A stretch of 64,000 nt of DNA, from the NCBI GenBank assembly GCA_028711065.1, contig JAQTSY010000001.1, positions 22,610 through 86,609 on the forward strand. Direction: 5' to 3'. Within the stretch, counting starts at the first letter, position 1, and each line of letters starts with the position of its first letter. The position numbers and the translations under genes were made by a program. This document shows, piece after piece, positions 62,207-64,000 of the stretch. The stretch comes from Minisyncoccota bacterium. GTDB lineage: Bacteria > Patescibacteriota > Minisyncoccia > Phycocordibacterales > JAQTLZ01. Under the pieces are notes generated by a model that saw nothing but the letters and a program-made list of their open reading frames with translations, searched no databases and was not told where the DNA came from.

Positions 62207-62327
62207 AAGGCCATAGGGAATGGGGTCAAAAAGACACTATTTCACAACAGAATTGACTTTATTTCACACAGATGATAGAAAATAGGTATAGAAACCATAA
62301 AGCTTCGTAGATTAAGATTTAAAACAA

Positions 62328-63362
62328 ATGACACCAGCAATCAAATTCAAACCAAAACAGATTACCAAGAAGCTTTTGGGCGTTCTCCCGGCTCGTGCTC
62401 GGGATGTGCTCGTAAGCCGTTTTGGGCTTGGTGCAAAGGCGGAACGAATGACTCTCGAAGCAATCGGAAAAACATACAACATCACTCGAGAACGAGTTCG
62501 ACAGATCGAAAACTACGCGATCCACAACATCAAGAAATCTGAAGGCTACAAGAAAGAAAAGGCTGCTTTTGACGAGCTCGAAGCGATCCTTCACGAAATG
62601 GGCGGATTTGTTGCGGAAGAGGATTTTCTCAATCATCTTGCAAAAGACGCTTCTACCCAGAACCATATCAACTTCCTTATGATTTTGAGCCACAATTTCA
62701 AACGAGAGAAAGAAGACGATGAATTCAAGCACCGATGGTATGTCGATGACGCCCTTTCTGCAAAGGTACACGAATCACTGCGAAAACTGTACAAAAATCT
62801 CGGCGACGACGATATTATTCCGGAATCAGAGATCATCAACACTTTCCTTGACTATGTAAAAGATCTTTCTGATCATTTCAAAAAAGAAGAGATCATTAAA
62901 CGATGGCTTTCGGTTTCAAAAAAGATCGGACGAAATCCAATGGGCGAATGGGGTCTTACATCTTCTCCAAACATCAAAGCGAAAGGAATGAGAGACTATG
63001 CATTTCTCGTTATCCGAAAGCACGGCTCTCCGATCCACTTCACTCAAGTTGCAAAAGCAATTACTGACACCTTCAAAAAGAAGGCTCACGTCGCAACCTG
63101 TCACAACGAACTCATCAAAGATCCTCGATTTGTGCTTGTAGGACGCGGACTCTACGCTCTTTCTGAATGGGGATATCTTTCAGGAGTGGTAAAAGATGTC
63201 ATCAAGAAAGTTCTCGAGAAACACGGACCATTGACCAAACAAGAAATCATCGAAAAAGTGCTCAAAGAACGATATGTCAAGGAGAACACCATTGCGATCA
63301 ATCTCCAAAACTCAAAACACTTTAAGAAAGACAAAGACGCAAAATACTCTCTCGTAGGATAA
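62328..63362 (+). CDS. sigma70 region-4 HTH + HARE-HTH (RNAP delta-like) protein
   Basis: TLEAIG..ITRERVRQIE; HNELIKD.RFVLVGRGLYAL. Confidence 0.78.
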   Translation: MTPAIKFKPKQITKKLLGVLPARARDVLVSRFGLGAKAERMTLEAIGKTYNITRERVRQIENYAIHNIKKSEGYKKEKAAFDELEAILHEMGGFVAEEDFLNHLAKDASTQNHINFLMILSHNFKREKEDDEFKHRWYVDDALSAKVHESLRKLYKNLGDDDIIPESEIINTFLDYVKDLSDHFKKEEIIKRWLSVSKKIGRNPMGEWGLTSSPNIKAKGMRDYAFLVIRKHGSPIHFTQVAKAITDTFKKKAHVATCHNELIKDPRFVLVGRGLYALSEWGYLSGVVKDVIKKVLEKHGPLTKQEIIEKVLKERYVKENTIAINLQNSKHFKKDKDAKYSLVG

Positions 63363-63363
63363 G

Positions 63364-63398
63364 AAACAAAAAACTGCCGGCAAGGCGGTTTTTTGTTT
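63364..63398 (+). terminator. Intrinsic terminator
   Basis: AAACAAAAAACTGCC-ggcaa-GGCGGTTTTTTGTTT. Confidence 0.75.
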
Positions 63399-63462
63399 TC
63401 CCCGTATCCACCTTTTACAGATGGAAAAACATAGTCCTATGCGATAGAATATAAGGAACCAA

Positions 63463-64000
63463 ATGTCATCAGGCTCCAAAAAACCGGCGATCTTTGATTT
63501 GACGAACAAAGGACTCCTGCCATTCCAGAATTTTATGGTTGGAGTTTTCGCCGTTGTCGCGCTTGTCATCCTCGCTCAATTTCCCGGCGCACTCGAGAAA
63601 ACAATTTCCATTATCTTCGAAACCTCGCCTATTTGGCTTCCTTTGGTTCTTCTTCCACAATTCATGCATATCTGGCTTCACTGGAGGCGCGCAATGTTTC
63701 TTATGGGGCAGGGTTCGGCGCTTATAGAAATCAAATTGCCGAAAGAAATAGTAAAATCTCCCGAGGCAATGGAGCTTGTATTGACAGCACTCTGGCAAAA
63801 GGGAAGTGCCACTTACGTCGAGACCTATTGGAAAGGAAAAGTGAAGCCTTGGTTTTCTTTTGAAATTGTTTCCGAGGACGGAAATATCCGCTTTTACATG
63901 TGGACGTTCAAAAAATTTAAGGAGCTTCTTGTTCACCAACTTTACGGACAATATCCCAACATTGAAATTCTGGATGTGAAGCCTGAAGACGATTACGTCC
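63463..64000 (+). CDS. Membrane-anchored hypothetical protein, runs off the window end
   Basis: Open frame from ATG 63463: TM segments then LIEIKLPKEIVKSPEAME...FSFEIVS...QYPNIEI. Confidence 0.75.
   Translation, partial: MSSGSKKPAIFDLTNKGLLPFQNFMVGVFAVVALVILAQFPGALEKTISIIFETSPIWLPLVLLPQFMHIWLHWRRAMFLMGQGSALIEIKLPKEIVKSPEAMELVLTALWQKGSATYVETYWKGKVKPWFSFEIVSEDGNIRFYMWTFKKFKELLVHQLYGQYPNIEILDVKPEDDYV

Overview
Bacterial chromosome segment, standard code (TGA is used as a stop). It is inferred to be Patescibacteria/Parcubacteria (CPR) from truncated ATP synthase delta/epsilon, short UvrC, a sigma4+HARE-HTH protein and apparently leaderless housekeeping genes. Content: salvage and transport genes (PduO, PfkB, ABC and DMT transporters, riboflavin kinase, M1 aminopeptidase, GDH), an ECF sigma/anti-sigma pair, tgt, uvrB-A-C, a degenerate ddl, tRNA-Ala(UGC), the atp operon, zwf/pgl, ychF and leuS. 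The standout is a tightly packed operon at 32.6-41.3 kb: one stand-alone PEP-synthase/PPDK-type ATP-grasp protein, four tandem proteins made of a divergent ~370-aa helical domain plus a phospho-His swivel domain, and two alpha/beta hydrolases. It looks like a split, modular rifampicin-phosphotransferase/phenylphosphate-synthase-like dikinase system with interchangeable substrate subunits; the function is inferred. Other oddities: a Ham1/ITPase-like domain inserted in LeuRS, a duplicated uvrA start broken by a palindromic insert, long rod-like palindromes, an inverted copy of the tRNA 3' end, a candidate structured RNA, and a class of GC-rich orphan genes with their own expression signals. No CRISPR array, transposase or integrase is seen. 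All calls are from reading motifs by eye; no database searches were run.
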